Positions 53,318-63,655 of a stretch of 64,000 nucleotides of DNA are shown here, piece by piece (within the stretch, counting starts at the first letter, position 1; every line of letters starts with the position of its first letter). The notes below the pieces were generated by a model that was given only the letters and a program-made list of their open reading frames with translations, had not been told where the DNA came from and did not search any database. The DNA is from Chitinophagales bacterium (lineage in GTDB: Bacteria > Bacteroidota > Bacteroidia > Chitinophagales > UBA8649): NCBI GenBank assembly GCA_049890075.1, contig JBMHCE010000033.1, positions 80,356 to 144,355 of the forward strand. Direction: 5' to 3'. Position numbers and translations under genes: made by a program.

Positions 53318-55397
53318 GTATGGTAGGGATGCTGCCGCCTTGGATCCAGTCGAACAATTCTTGATGACCAAGCATAGGAACACCTAGCGCTCGAGCCTTA
53401 TCTTCCTTGCTTCCTGCTTTTTCCCCAACGAAGACCACGCTCGTGTTTTTGCTAACACTACCACTAACTATGCCACCATGCATTTCGACAAATTCCCTGA
53501 TTTCGTTTCGGGATGCGAAATCGAAACTTCCGGTAACAACTACACGTTTGGATGCAAGTAGCTCAGAAGACACACTCTCTGGGCTGCTTGCATTGTCGTA
53601 TTCAAAGCAGGCGCTTAGTTCTTTTAACTCTTGAAAACATCTTGGGTCATTGGCAAAACCCACAATGGATTGGCTAACTTTTTCACCAACATCATGTATT
53701 TCCACGAGCTGATTATGGGTAAGGAGTGTGAGCTCTTCGAGATTTCGTAGGCGTAAGTGCTTAATCATCGCTTTGGCCGTTTGGGGGCCAACCAGGGGAA
53801 TTCCAAGAGAAACGATTTGGCGCCAAAGAGATTGTTTGCGTGCCATCTCAATAGAAGTGAGTAGTTTGTCAATGGACTTAGCGCCAAGTCCTTCTAGTTC
53901 AGTCAGTTCTTTTCTGTGCTCGTGTAAGGAAAAGACGTCAATACGTGATGAAACAAAGCCTTTCTCGTAGAAAAGCTTCATAATTTCACGTCCAAATCCA
54001 TCAATATCTAGTGCGGTTTTGGAAACAAAATATTGTAGTTGCTCTAACTTTTTTGCTTGACATTGTGCATTGGGGCACAACCAGGCAGCAGATTCTTCTT
54101 CTCGCTCGACAGGGCTGTTACACGCAGGGCATTCCTTGGGAAAAACAACCCGTTCTCCGCGACCACCACTGCTTGCCCATGAGTCTTTGATGTATGGAAT
54201 TACATCACCTGCACGAACCACAAGAACGGTGTCACCAAGGTGTAAGTTTAAGCGGTCGATAAAGTCTTGATTGTGCAAGGAAATATTTCGAACAACAACA
54301 CCATGTAGAGGAGCAGGTTGAATTTTTGCTACAGGAGTAAGCACTCCTGTTCTTCCTACTTGAAAGTCTACTGCTTCGAGCGTACTCTCAACAGAGGCAG
54401 CAGTAAACTTAAAGGCGGTAGCCCATTTGGGGTGATGACCCGTGGAACCAATGTCATCATGAAGCCCCGTATTATTGACTTTTATAACCAGTCCATCAAT
54501 TTCAATAGGAAATTCTTCTCTTTGCCCTTTCCAGTGATTAACGACCTCATATAGTGATTCTACTGAGTCACTGAGTTTTACAAAGGGGTGTGTCGTGGGT
54601 AGTCCAATTGAAAAAAGCAATTCCATTTGCTTGCTGTGGTCTTTGTGGAGCTTCTCCGCTGGATCTTGATTGTCACAATGAACACACTGAAACAAAACCA
54701 CTTCGAGGGGTCTAGACCTCACGGTTTGTGAATCTTTAAGCCTCAGGGAACCGGAGGCCGTGTTTCTGCTATTTTGAAAGGGGTCGAGCCCTTCTTTTAA
54801 GCGGGTTTCATTGAGTTGGTTAAAGGCGGCTTTACGAATAAAGATCTCTCCCCTGAACTCGGCTCGCGAGATACCATAACGACTTAGCGGAAGGCTTAGT
54901 GGAAGGTTGCGTAACGTTTTTACATTGTTTGTTACATCTTCTCCAGTTTCTCCATTTCCTCTAGTGACCGCCTGAACAAAAACATCGTTTTCATAATGAA
55001 TGGCGATGCTTACCCCATCAAATTTTGGTTCGATAACGTAGTTGGTTTGATGCATGCCAATGTCTTCAGTGAACCGTTTAAGGTCAGGTTCGTCAAAAGC
55101 ATTGGACAATGAAAGCATTGGGTGTTCGTGCTGAACTTTCTGAAACGAATCGGTTAAGTTTTCAGTAAGCTTTTGGCTAGGAGAGTCGGCGAGTTCTTCC
55201 TCGCTTAACGAAAGCTTTTCCTCCCAAGTTATGAGCTGCTTAAATAGAGCGTCATAGATAGGGTCGTCCACAAGACTCTTGGACTCGATGTAATATTCCC
55301 GATTTAGTTCACGAATAAAACCCTTGAGCTCAAGGTAGTCCTGAAGAGAGGGGTTGTCTATGGCAAGAAGGCTACTCGTTCTTTGAATTGGATTCAT
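53295..55397 (-). CDS. ligA: NAD-dependent DNA ligase
   Basis: 700 aa with the adenylation motif EPKFDGVSI, the Zn finger CPACNSPV...CPNAQC, HhH repeats and a C-terminal BRCT domain (VVVTGSF...). Confidence 0.97.
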   Translation of the reverse strand: MNPIQRTSSLLAIDNPSLQDYLELKGFIRELNREYYIESKSLVDDPIYDALFKQLITWEEKLSLSEEELADSPSQKLTENLTDSFQKVQHEHPMLSLSNAFDEPDLKRFTEDIGMHQTNYVIEPKFDGVSIAIHYENDVFVQAVTRGNGETGEDVTNNVKTLRNLPLSLPLSRYGISRAEFRGEIFIRKAAFNQLNETRLKEGLDPFQNSRNTASGSLRLKDSQTVRSRPLEVVLFQCVHCDNQDPAEKLHKDHSKQMELLFSIGLPTTHPFVKLSDSVESLYEVVNHWKGQREEFPIEIDGLVIKVNNTGLHDDIGSTGHHPKWATAFKFTAASVESTLEAVDFQVGRTGVLTPVAKIQPAPLHGVVVRNISLHNQDFIDRLNLHLGDTVLVVRAGDVIPYIKDSWASSGGRGERVVFPKECPACNSPVEREEESAAWLCPNAQCQAKKLEQLQYFVSKTALDIDGFGREIMKLFYEKGFVSSRIDVFSLHEHRKELTELEGLGAKSIDKLLTSIEMARKQSLWRQIVSLGIPLVGPQTAKAMIKHLRLRNLEELTLLTHNQLVEIHDVGEKVSQSIVGFANDPRCFQELKELSACFEYDNASSPESVSSELLASKRVVVTGSFDFASRNEIREFVEMHGGIVSGSVSKNTSVVFVGEKAGSKEDKARALGVPMLGHQELFDWIQGGSIPTILKNEDNE

Positions 55398-55406
55398 TGC
55401 GCAGCC

Positions 55407-55673
55407 CTATTGATCACTAGATAACACCGAATTGATTTTCTCGGCCAAACTATAGTCTTTTTCCGTGATGGTATTCCCTTGGTCGTGCGTGGTCAGCAAT
55501 AGGGAAACCTCATTGTATGTATTGGTAATTGTAGGGTGGTGGTCGCACTGTTCAGCAAGAAGCCCAACGCGGACAATAAAAGCAAGCGCTTCGTTAAAAT
55601 CCTCAAAGCGTTCTGTGCGAATAAGCGCGTTGTTCTCTTTTGTCCACCCGTTGATTACGCGTTCCAATCCCAT
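55407..55673 (-). CDS. 4a-hydroxytetrahydrobiopterin dehydratase (PCD/DCoH family)
   Basis: 88 aa containing CDHHPTITNTYNEV. Confidence 0.85.
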   Translation of the reverse strand: MGLERVINGWTKENNALIRTERFEDFNEALAFIVRVGLLAEQCDHHPTITNTYNEVSLLLTTHDQGNTITEKDYSLAEKINSVLSSDQ

Positions 55674-56716
55674 GTATCAAGTGATTTAAGCGCTTCAACA
55701 AGAAGGTCAATACCTCCAAGAATATCACCACTGTGGGCCATCTCAATAACTTGGTGAATATGCCTGGTTGGAAAGGATATAGCACCGGCTATGGTTCCGT
55801 CTGTTGCCATGCGCTGCATTCCTGCCGTATCGGTACCCCCACCCGTTAGAATTTCTAATTGGTAAGTAAGCCCTGCCTTTTCACACACATTTTTCATAAA
55901 GGCAACCATTCTGCGGTCACTAATGGCCGATGTGTCCATAACTTTTATGGCAACTCCTTTGCCCATTGCTGTTACATATTCATGGGGCAAGGCTCCGGGA
56001 AGATCGTAAGCAATAGTTGTATCCAACCCAAAGCTGAAACTTGGATTAATATGGTGTGCAGCAACCAGGGCCCCACGAAGACCAACCTCCTCTTGTACGG
56101 TAAACACACCATACACGTCGTATGGGACTGTTTGACCATTGAGTTTCTCAAGTGCTTCAACCAAGGCAAAGACTGACACGCGGTTGTCTACAGACTTACA
56201 GTTAATACAATCACCCATGGTGATTAACTCCCGTTCTCTTGTGATGGCGTCCCCTACAGATATAAGCTTGTGTACCGTTTCACTGGGAAGCCCGGTGTCA
56301 ATAAAGAAATCAGAGAGCTTCGGCGCTTTGCCGCGCTCCTCAGGAGACATAACGTGGATGGGCTTTGAACCCATCACCCCCATTACATCTTCTTTACCAT
56401 GAATGATAACGCGCTGCGCGGTTAATGTTTTTGGATCAAATCCACCGAGTGGGTGAAAAAATATAAATCCCTTATCATCGATGTGCTTAACAATAAAGCC
56501 TATTTCATCCATGTGTGCTGCAACCATGGCTCTTTTTTCAGAAGAGGTCCCTTTTTTTAATGCAATAAGGTTACCCATGGCATCTTCATAGAGTTCATCG
56601 CAGTAAGGCGATACCAAGCTTCTTACGTGATCTCTAATTCCTTTCTCAAATCCAGGTGCGCCAGGAATTTTACAAATTTCGGCAAGCCGTTGGACGTTTA
56701 ATTTTTTTATACTCAT
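55655..56716 (-). CDS. M42 family metallopeptidase (FrvX/glutamyl aminopeptidase-like)
   Basis: 353 aa with AAHMDEIGFIV, VQEEVGLRGA and GGGTDTAG. Confidence 0.88.
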   Translation of the reverse strand: MSIKKLNVQRLAEICKIPGAPGFEKGIRDHVRSLVSPYCDELYEDAMGNLIALKKGTSSEKRAMVAAHMDEIGFIVKHIDDKGFIFFHPLGGFDPKTLTAQRVIIHGKEDVMGVMGSKPIHVMSPEERGKAPKLSDFFIDTGLPSETVHKLISVGDAITRERELITMGDCINCKSVDNRVSVFALVEALEKLNGQTVPYDVYGVFTVQEEVGLRGALVAAHHINPSFSFGLDTTIAYDLPGALPHEYVTAMGKGVAIKVMDTSAISDRRMVAFMKNVCEKAGLTYQLEILTGGGTDTAGMQRMATDGTIAGAISFPTRHIHQVIEMAHSGDILGGIDLLVEALKSLDTWDWNA

Positions 56717-56733
56717 GGGTTTGATTTTATACT

Positions 56734-58161
56734 TTATGTAACCTTGGTGATTTTAATTGTGTTGGTGCGGCCTTTGATATAAAATGGCATGCTGGCCAAA
56801 TTGACCACTAGGTCTTCGGCCGCAACAAAGTTGTGAAGCTTTAAGATGTGAATAACGTCTTCAATGGTTTCATCCGTCCCGGAGTTACCATCATAATAAA
56901 ACGCATGTACCCCAAACAAAAGATTGAGGGTGTTGAGCAGCGGCCGATTATCGGTAAAGATGTACACGGGGGCCACAGGGCGGGTACTGGCAATCATAAA
57001 TGCCGTATATCCCGACTTCGTCATTCCAATAATCGCTTTGGCTTCTACTTGTTGTGCCAAATGACACGCAGCATTACAAAGAGCATCAGATTCGTAACTC
57101 TCTGACGTGGTATGAGCCTGCCGGGTTTTGTTAAAGATTTGTCCCCGTGTTTCGATACTGTCCAAAATAGCCCGCATTGTTTGTACGGTTTTCACAGGAT
57201 ACTTTCCTACAGAGGTCTCCCCACTAAGCATAACCGCATCGGCACCGTCTAGAATAGCATTGGCAACGTCATTGATTTCTGCTCGGGTAGGAACCGGGCT
57301 CTCAATCATGGACTCCATCATATGCGTGGCCACAATTACAGGCTTGGCATGGCGGATACAAGTTTGGATGATGTTTTTCTGAGCCAAGGGTACCTGTTCT
57401 TGTGGAATTTCAACCCCTAAGTCCCCCCTGGCAACCATGACCCCATCGCTTGCCTCAACAATACCTTCTAAGTTTTGCAGCGCTTCGGGCTTTTCAACCT
57501 TGGCAATCACTTTGATAAAGGAGTTAAGTTCTCCAAGGCGTTCTTTAAGGCCAATCATATCTTGCGCGTGGCGAACAAATGATAGGGCAACCCAATTAAC
57601 CTCTTGCTCCATGGCAAAGACCAGGTCAACTTCGTCTTTTTCTGTCAGTGTTGGAACCGAGAGGTTGGAGTCAGGAAAGTTCACCCCTTTTCGGGAAGTT
57701 AACACGCCGCCTTCAACGATGTCGCAAACTATACCATCCTTTTTGGTTTCAACTGCGCAGATTTCAACACGCCCATCATTGATTAAAATGCGCTCCCCAG
57801 GAAGAATATCCTTCATTAGTGTAGGATACCTCACCGTGAGATGGTCTGTGGTACACGGCCCCTCATTAGGGCTTATAATTATTTGATCACCGGTGATGAG
57901 CTCGATGGAACCCTCGATTTCGCCAATTCTGATTTTAGGGCCTTGTAAGTCACCTAAAATAGCTACGTGGCTTCCTAGTTTTTGGTTGAGTTTTCGGACC
58001 CTCTCCATTCCCTCTTTGTGGAAGTCGTGGTCGCCGTGACTAAAATTAAATCGCACGACACTAAGGCCGGACAAGATCAGCTCTTCAAGTACGCTTTCGT
58101 CAGCTATTGATGGCCCATAGGTGGCTACAATTTTAGCTTTTGTTATAGGGGTTGTTTTCAT
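56734..58161 (-). CDS. pyk: Pyruvate kinase
   Basis: Start at MKTTPITKAKIVATYGP. MVARGDLGVEIP and MLSGETSVGKYP are present. Confidence 0.96.
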   Translation of the reverse strand: MKTTPITKAKIVATYGPSIADESVLEELILSGLSVVRFNFSHGDHDFHKEGMERVRKLNQKLGSHVAILGDLQGPKIRIGEIEGSIELITGDQIIISPNEGPCTTDHLTVRYPTLMKDILPGERILINDGRVEICAVETKKDGIVCDIVEGGVLTSRKGVNFPDSNLSVPTLTEKDEVDLVFAMEQEVNWVALSFVRHAQDMIGLKERLGELNSFIKVIAKVEKPEALQNLEGIVEASDGVMVARGDLGVEIPQEQVPLAQKNIIQTCIRHAKPVIVATHMMESMIESPVPTRAEINDVANAILDGADAVMLSGETSVGKYPVKTVQTMRAILDSIETRGQIFNKTRQAHTTSESYESDALCNAACHLAQQVEAKAIIGMTKSGYTAFMIASTRPVAPVYIFTDNRPLLNTLNLLFGVHAFYYDGNSGTDETIEDVIHILKLHNFVAAEDLVVNLASMPFYIKGRTNTIKITKVT

Positions 58162-58558
58162 GGTTGGTTTTTGCAATTATGTTTTCTAAAACGGGAAATT
58201 CGCTAATGCTCCCGAGGCCTTTAATCATTGCGATGTTGTCGGTTTTTTTTAACTGTCCAATACACGTTTTCACGAGAATCGGGTCTTGAAATTGAAAATA
58301 TAAAACAAAATCAAATGGCTTGGCAAAGCCAAGTAAAAACTGTTGATGTTGTTTGTTGGTCAATAAATATGCTCCGCGTTGAGTTTGAAAGTCAAATTGC
58401 CCAAACAACGTGTAGGGTATGCTGTTTAGCTCACCTGGTGGCACGTCTTGTAATCGAAGAATTTCGTTGTGCCAGAATGTATTTAGGTGGAAGGCAATTT
58501 GGTAGTCTGACAAAGCAGAGCTTACTCCATATACATCATTCTCTGTCATATCCCACAA
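58133..58558 (-). CDS. Conserved-looking hypothetical protein (141 aa)
   Basis: Intact ORF upstream of and overlapping pyk. There is no TM, signal peptide or motif I can name. Confidence 0.4.
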   Translation of the reverse strand: MWDMTENDVYGVSSALSDYQIAFHLNTFWHNEILRLQDVPPGELNSIPYTLFGQFDFQTQRGAYLLTNKQHQQFLLGFAKPFDFVLYFQFQDPILVKTCIGQLKKTDNIAMIKGLGSISEFPVLENIIAKTNHENNPYNKS

Positions 58559-58598
58559 ATGTTTTTAGGAATTCATTTTGTTTTTCCAAAAACCACGT

Positions 58599-58606
58599 AT
58601 TTTTGA
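58599..58606 (+). promoter_or_regulatory. Candidate Bacteroidota sigma-A -7 box (TAnnTTTG) for acpP
   Basis: TATTTTTG ends 16 nt upstream of the acpP ATG (58622). A second near-match, TCATTTTG, lies at 58574-58581. Confidence 0.4.
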
Positions 58607-58621
58607 CCAAAATTTAAAATT

Positions 58622-58858
58622 ATGTCAGCAGTTAAAGATAGAGTAATTCAAATCATTGTTGAGAAACTTGGTGTAGACGCAAGCGAAGTCACAGAACAAG
58701 CTAGCTTCACTAAAGATTTAAACGCAGATTCTCTTGACACCGTCGAGTTAATCATGGAATTTGAAAAGGAATTCAACATCTCTATTCCAGATGAGCAGGC
58801 TGAAAGCATTGCTACTGTGAATGATGCCATCCAGTATTTGGAAGCAAACGCTAAATGA
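58622..58858 (+). CDS. acpP: Acyl carrier protein
   Basis: 78 aa with [17 protein letters not shown] (phosphopantetheine Ser in DSLD). Confidence 0.97.
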   Translation: MSAVKDRVIQIIVEKLGVDASEVTEQASFTKDLNADSLDTVELIMEFEKEFNISIPDEQAESIATVNDAIQYLEANAK

Positions 58859-60114
58859 TAAAAAACCCTGCCTCAACACGAGTTGTTGTTACGGGAGTGG
58901 GCGTAGTCTCTCCCATTGGTAACGACTTTAACGCATTTGCCGACAACCTACTATCAGGCATTTCGGGAGCAGCGCCAATCACATTATTTGATGCTGAAAA
59001 GTTCCCAACGAGATTTGCCTGTGAAGTCAAAGATTTCAATCCTACAGATTTTATTGACCCAAAGTTGTCCAAGCGAATGGATCGTTTTACGCATCTAGGT
59101 ATCGTTGCGTCTGACCAAGCTATACAGGACGCCAACAACCTTGAAGGCGTTTCCAAATCGCGTACAGCCGTAATCTGGTCTTCGGGTATTGGGGGGTTAG
59201 GTTTCTTTGAACAGGAAATAGGGGCTCATTACTCAGGGGACGGAACACCTCGGTTTAACCCGTTTTTCATTCCGAAAATGATCGTTGATATTGCCGCGGG
59301 GTATATATCAATGCGTCATGGTTTTAAGGGTCCCAATTATTCGCCCGTTGCGGCTTGTGCATCGTCTACAATAGCCATTATCGATGCTTTTCATTTGATA
59401 AAGTTAGGCAAGGTGGATGCTGTGGTTTGTGGGGGTAGCGATGCGACAATTACCCGTGGGGGCATTGGAGGATTTAGCGCTATGAGGGCGCTATCGAGAA
59501 GAAACGATGATTACAAGACAGCCTCTAGACCTTACGACCAAGACAGGGATGGCTTTGTTATGGGAGAGGGAGGTGCTGCCTTGATTGTAGAAAGCTTGGA
59601 GTCCGCACAAAATAGAGGAGCCAACGTCTTGTGTGAAATTGTGGGAACTGGTATGTCTGCGGACGCCTATCACCTTACGGCACCCCATCCAGATGGTGAG
59701 GGGGCTAAGGCGGTGATGAACTTGGCTATCGAGGAGGCAGGCATCACACCAGAGCAAGTGGATTACATTAACGTACACGGAACATCAACGCCTGTTGGTG
59801 ATCTTGCTGAGCTGGCCGCCATAAAATCTATATGGTCTGGTCGCTCATCGAATACGCTTATATCTTCAACTAAATCAATGACAGGGCACCTTCTTGGGGC
59901 AGCGGGAGCCTTGGAGGCTTTAGCTCTTTTGGTATCTATGCAGCAATCAACTATTCCACCAACCATCAATGTAGCCAACCCCGACCCAAAACTACCCGAA
60001 GAACTCGACATAGTTTTCGATAAGGCGCGGGCAAAAGAGGTTACTTATGCATTGAGCAATACCTTTGGTTTTGGTGGCCATAATGCTTCGGTGCTTTTAA
60101 AGAAGTTTGCATAA
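58855..60114 (+). CDS. fabF: 3-oxoacyl-ACP synthase II
   Basis: 419 aa with the active-site [16 protein letters not shown] and [12 protein letters not shown]. It has an ATGA overlap with the acpP stop. Confidence 0.96.
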   Translation: MIKNPASTRVVVTGVGVVSPIGNDFNAFADNLLSGISGAAPITLFDAEKFPTRFACEVKDFNPTDFIDPKLSKRMDRFTHLGIVASDQAIQDANNLEGVSKSRTAVIWSSGIGGLGFFEQEIGAHYSGDGTPRFNPFFIPKMIVDIAAGYISMRHGFKGPNYSPVAACASSTIAIIDAFHLIKLGKVDAVVCGGSDATITRGGIGGFSAMRALSRRNDDYKTASRPYDQDRDGFVMGEGGAALIVESLESAQNRGANVLCEIVGTGMSADAYHLTAPHPDGEGAKAVMNLAIEEAGITPEQVDYINVHGTSTPVGDLAELAAIKSIWSGRSSNTLISSTKSMTGHLLGAAGALEALALLVSMQQSTIPPTINVANPDPKLPEELDIVFDKARAKEVTYALSNTFGFGGHNASVLLKKFA

Positions 60115-60823
60115 AGGATATACCTTGAGTTTATTGAGGGATAGTTTTCAAAAGCGGTGGTTTTCAAAAAAAAGCCCTTTTGAGCAAAAAATCCGTTCAA
60201 TTAATGGATTCAGCGCAAAAGACGAGTCCTTATACACATTAGCCCTGCACCAAACTGCGAATGGACAAGAAAACAATGAACGCCTGGAGTTCTTAGGTGA
60301 TGCAGTGTTAGATGCAGTTATTGCAGAGGTCTTGTACAAAAGATTTCCAGAAAAGGAAGAAGGACTCCTTACCCAAATGAAATCAGAGTTGGTAAAAGCC
60401 ACCTCACTCAACAGGTTAGCCAATTGCTTAGGAATTACCCCACTAGTTGTAACCAATTTAAGCCAAGACGAAATGGAAGAGAGTAAGGTTCCTGGTTCTG
60501 CACTAGAGGCTTGGATTGGTGCAATTTACATGGATCGCGGCTATGCAATGGCAAAACAGTTTGTTGGTCAAAAGATGATTAATCCTTATGTGGATTGGTC
60601 AGTAGTTGAATCACAAAACACGGACTACAAAAGTCAGTTGTTACAAAGGGTTCAACAAAACGGACAAAACCTTATTACGAGCTTTGAGCAAGCTGAGTAT
60701 AAAAAAGGCGCGGGATTTTTGGCAATAATTCAATGGGGTGACATAACAGCAAAAGGATTAGGTCGTTCAAAAAAGATAGCCGAACAACGCGCCGCACAAA
60801 AGCTTTTAGAACAAGCGCGATAG
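60107..60823 (+). CDS. rnc: Ribonuclease III
   Basis: 238 aa with the signature ERLEFLGDAVLD and a C-terminal dsRBD (GRSKKIAEQRAAQKLL). There is no ATG; it starts at the TTG at 60107 or at a nearby in-frame TTG. Confidence 0.93.
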   Translation: MHKGYTLSLLRDSFQKRWFSKKSPFEQKIRSINGFSAKDESLYTLALHQTANGQENNERLEFLGDAVLDAVIAEVLYKRFPEKEEGLLTQMKSELVKATSLNRLANCLGITPLVVTNLSQDEMEESKVPGSALEAWIGAIYMDRGYAMAKQFVGQKMINPYVDWSVVESQNTDYKSQLLQRVQQNGQNLITSFEQAEYKKGAGFLAIIQWGDITAKGLGRSKKIAEQRAAQKLLEQAR

Positions 60824-62077
60824 CTACTCCTCCTGGAAAAGCTCTTCTTCCTCTACTTGCACAACGGGAGACTTATCCTCAAGTGTATTGGCAATGGCAT
60901 CATAGGGGCCACTTATAACCGAAACTCCACCCTCAAGTCCACCAATAATTTCAATAAATTGTTCATCCTGAATTCCTGTTACAACGGGTTGCGTGATAGC
61001 TTTTCCCTTGTCATATACAAAGACTACATCCTCAATAACACCTTCGTCATTTGGCCTAACCGTTACACACTGAAGGGGCACGCTGAGTACCAGGTCTGCT
61101 TGGTTGGTAAATACAGAGGCATTTCCTCTCATTCCAGGCCTAAGGGGTATTTCTTGACTCGTCTCTAACTCGCCTAGTCGCTCAGGAGATACCATAAGCA
61201 CGACCTCAAACTTGTTACTCATATCAAGCGCCTGTTTTGGCGATAGAGGTAGTTGCCAAACATTGGCATAAATGGTTTTCCCCGGGTAAGCGTCTAAAAC
61301 AATTTTGGCAGAGTCATTAAGGTGGATTCTCGGAATATCACTTTCTGACACTTCGGCCCGGAACAGCAAGGTGTCAAAATTGGTTATGGTAAGTAAATTG
61401 CTTCCCTGCATTTGTGCTGTTCCGACAATGGTTTCTCCTTCATGAACATTTAGTTCGGTGATCACACCGCTAGACGGGGCATAAATGGATGTTCTCGCTA
61501 GTCCATTTTTTGCTTCATCTATGCTATTTTCTGCTGCGCGAACAAGGTAGAGTGCTTCGTCGACAGAGTGTTTACTCGATTCATATTCACCTTGTATTCT
61601 AATGTGATTGGATTGGAAGGCATCAAATTCCGTTTGAGCAATCAGCCCTTTTTCGTAGGCGTTAAGCTGAACAGCATATTGATCTTTTGAAAGCACCCAA
61701 GCAGCTTCCGCTTGGCTTTGATAAGCTTGTGCTCTTGACAACCCGGCCAGGCGTTGGTTTAGATTGGTCTTGGCCAGTTCAAGGCTATTGGTAAACAGAT
61801 CAGCATCAATAGAAAGCAAAAGATCTCCACTATCTACTTGCTGGCCAAGCGCAACATGTATTCCCGCAATCCGGCCCGAGTTTTCCGCTGACACCACCCG
61901 GCTATCAAGCGCTTCAATGGTTCCGCTAACACTTACCTTTTCTGTGATGGACCGATAGCCTGTTTCTTCTACCAAAACCTTCGTGCCCTCCTCTCCGCCA
62001 CCACATTGTACTAAGAGACAGCAGAGTATGCCAAGGGCTATGTGAATCGGCGCGGGAAGCTTAATTAGAATACTCAT
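60824..62077 (-). CDS. Efflux periplasmic adaptor (membrane fusion protein, HlyD/MacA-like)
   Basis: 417 aa with a lipoprotein-like N-terminus (LLVQCGG), a biotinyl-lipoyl-like hairpin (GDLLLSID...GVITELNVHEGE) and an alpha-hairpin coiled coil in between. Confidence 0.8.
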   Translation of the reverse strand: MSILIKLPAPIHIALGILCCLLVQCGGGEEGTKVLVEETGYRSITEKVSVSGTIEALDSRVVSAENSGRIAGIHVALGQQVDSGDLLLSIDADLFTNSLELAKTNLNQRLAGLSRAQAYQSQAEAAWVLSKDQYAVQLNAYEKGLIAQTEFDAFQSNHIRIQGEYESSKHSVDEALYLVRAAENSIDEAKNGLARTSIYAPSSGVITELNVHEGETIVGTAQMQGSNLLTITNFDTLLFRAEVSESDIPRIHLNDSAKIVLDAYPGKTIYANVWQLPLSPKQALDMSNKFEVVLMVSPERLGELETSQEIPLRPGMRGNASVFTNQADLVLSVPLQCVTVRPNDEGVIEDVVFVYDKGKAITQPVVTGIQDEQFIEIIGGLEGGVSVISGPYDAIANTLEDKSPVVQVEEEELFQEE

Positions 62078-63542
62078 AAAATATACGAATAAGGTGAAGT
62101 TTGCTGGCTAAATCAAGTTGTGCCTGGTGAAACTGAACACGTGCCAGTTGTTGTCTGTTTCGAACAAGCGACAATTCATAAGGGCTAATAAGCCCACCCT
62201 CATATCGTGATTGGGCAACACGAGAGGCCTTGATGTTTATGTCATATAAGCGTTTGCTTTGGTGATACGCCTTTAGTGCACCACGAGCATCTTGAATATA
62301 CAAGGCAAGTCGATTCTCATCTTCTCTTAGGTCGTTTGCATTGGAAAGGCTTGTTTGTTCTTGAGCAAGTTGTTGTTGCTGGATGGCTTGAAAGCGCTGG
62401 TATCTTCCCCAAAGCGGAAAACTAATGGTGAGGTTGGCTGATTGAGAAAAGTTTGTTTTTATTTGATCGCCAAAAGGACGGGGAGAATAGATCGGCTGGG
62501 TAAAGGGAATGGTGGAAACAACAGCCTCTCCACTTGCTGTTTCTCCAATTATAGGAAAGTTGTTTTGACCACTGAACCCATCAATTTGTTGGCTAGCACT
62601 AAAGAAGTTTGTGTTTACCCTTGCACCTAGGCTTATGGTGGGCCAGAGAAGCCCTCGTACAGATTGAGTGCGATAGTTTTCTGCGGTTAGCCTTAACTCT
62701 CCAAGCATTCGAGTTTTTTCAGTCCCTCGGTAATTCAAATAGACAGAGGAATCTTGAATGATCGCAAACACTCCAGTAGTATCTAGAGTAAACAACCCCT
62801 CGTCTTCTTGTTGTAAAAGTTGGGATAAGCTCAGTTTTGATCGAGTAAGTTGAGCATTGGCTCTGGCTTGTTGAAGCTCTTGTTCGGTGAGGTTCACTTC
62901 AAACTCTACCCGTGAGGCTTCAGGCTGAAGGCCTGCCTCAATAAGCAGGTCATATTGGTTAATGTCTGCAAGGCTTTGGTATAGTGCAGTATCGACTAGG
63001 TCTAGGCTAATCCTGCTTGCAAGTACAGCAAAGTATGATTGAGCAGTTACTAGAGCTATCTCTCTTTCCAGCAGCTCTTCTTCCAACTCAAAAACAGACT
63101 GATCAGTGAGAAGGCCTTTATGTGCGTTTTGCTTTTGAAAGCCGTTAAACACATCCCATGATACATCGATGGAACCCAGCGTTGCGTTGGTGTTTTGCGC
63201 CACAAAATTGAATGTCAATGGATCTATTGAGTTGCTAAAGTTTAAGTTTTCAGTTATTGATGCGCTAACATTTGGTGTATACATTCCCAGTGTACTGCTC
63301 TTTATATCGAGCGCGTTAAGGCTAATTTTAATTTGTTGAAGCTGTAGAGAGTTATCAACCGCTCGAGACCAATCCAGGCAATCTTCTAAACTATAAGTGG
63401 GTTGCTCATAATCTTGAGCCGAAGCCAAGGGTACACTAAACCAATAGAAAACCGCGATGGCACCAATTTTTAATAAGAGCCTGTGGCAAGACTCAATGGG
63501 AGGGATACCCGCTGAATAAGGAATACGTAAAAAACAAAACAT
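62061..63542 (-). CDS. TolC-family outer-membrane efflux protein
   Basis: About 460-493 aa with a signal peptide ...PLASAQ and SLEDCLDWSRAVDNSLQLQ. It has a two-repeat coiled-coil/beta architecture. The true start is probably downstream of the track ATG. Confidence 0.8.
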   Translation of the reverse strand: MFCFLRIPYSAGIPPIESCHRLLLKIGAIAVFYWFSVPLASAQDYEQPTYSLEDCLDWSRAVDNSLQLQQIKISLNALDIKSSTLGMYTPNVSASITENLNFSNSIDPLTFNFVAQNTNATLGSIDVSWDVFNGFQKQNAHKGLLTDQSVFELEEELLEREIALVTAQSYFAVLASRISLDLVDTALYQSLADINQYDLLIEAGLQPEASRVEFEVNLTEQELQQARANAQLTRSKLSLSQLLQQEDEGLFTLDTTGVFAIIQDSSVYLNYRGTEKTRMLGELRLTAENYRTQSVRGLLWPTISLGARVNTNFFSASQQIDGFSGQNNFPIIGETASGEAVVSTIPFTQPIYSPRPFGDQIKTNFSQSANLTISFPLWGRYQRFQAIQQQQLAQEQTSLSNANDLREDENRLALYIQDARGALKAYHQSKRLYDINIKASRVAQSRYEGGLISPYELSLVRNRQQLARVQFHQAQLDLASKLHLIRIFYEYSN

Positions 63543-63623
63543 TGATAAAGCAAAGGTAGTCTATATACGGTATATGTGAAGCAGATGTGCTCGGTGATGA
63601 TATCGCACAAACGATAACAACGC

Positions 63624-63631
63624 TATTTTTG
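63624..63631 (+). promoter_or_regulatory. Candidate Bacteroidota -7 box (TAnnTTTG) for tadA
   Basis: TATTTTTG ends 24 nt upstream of the ATG at 63656. Confidence 0.35.
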
Positions 63632-63655
63632 TTGTAAGTTCAAAGTAAACCCCTT

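Noticed and set aside
55407-55673. PCD/DCoH gene with no aromatic amino-acid hydroxylase nearby, considered as a link to the TDO-like gene.
   Set aside because: Orphan PCD genes are widespread in bacteria. The gene lies 12 kb from the TDO-like gene and on a different operon, so nothing supports a link.
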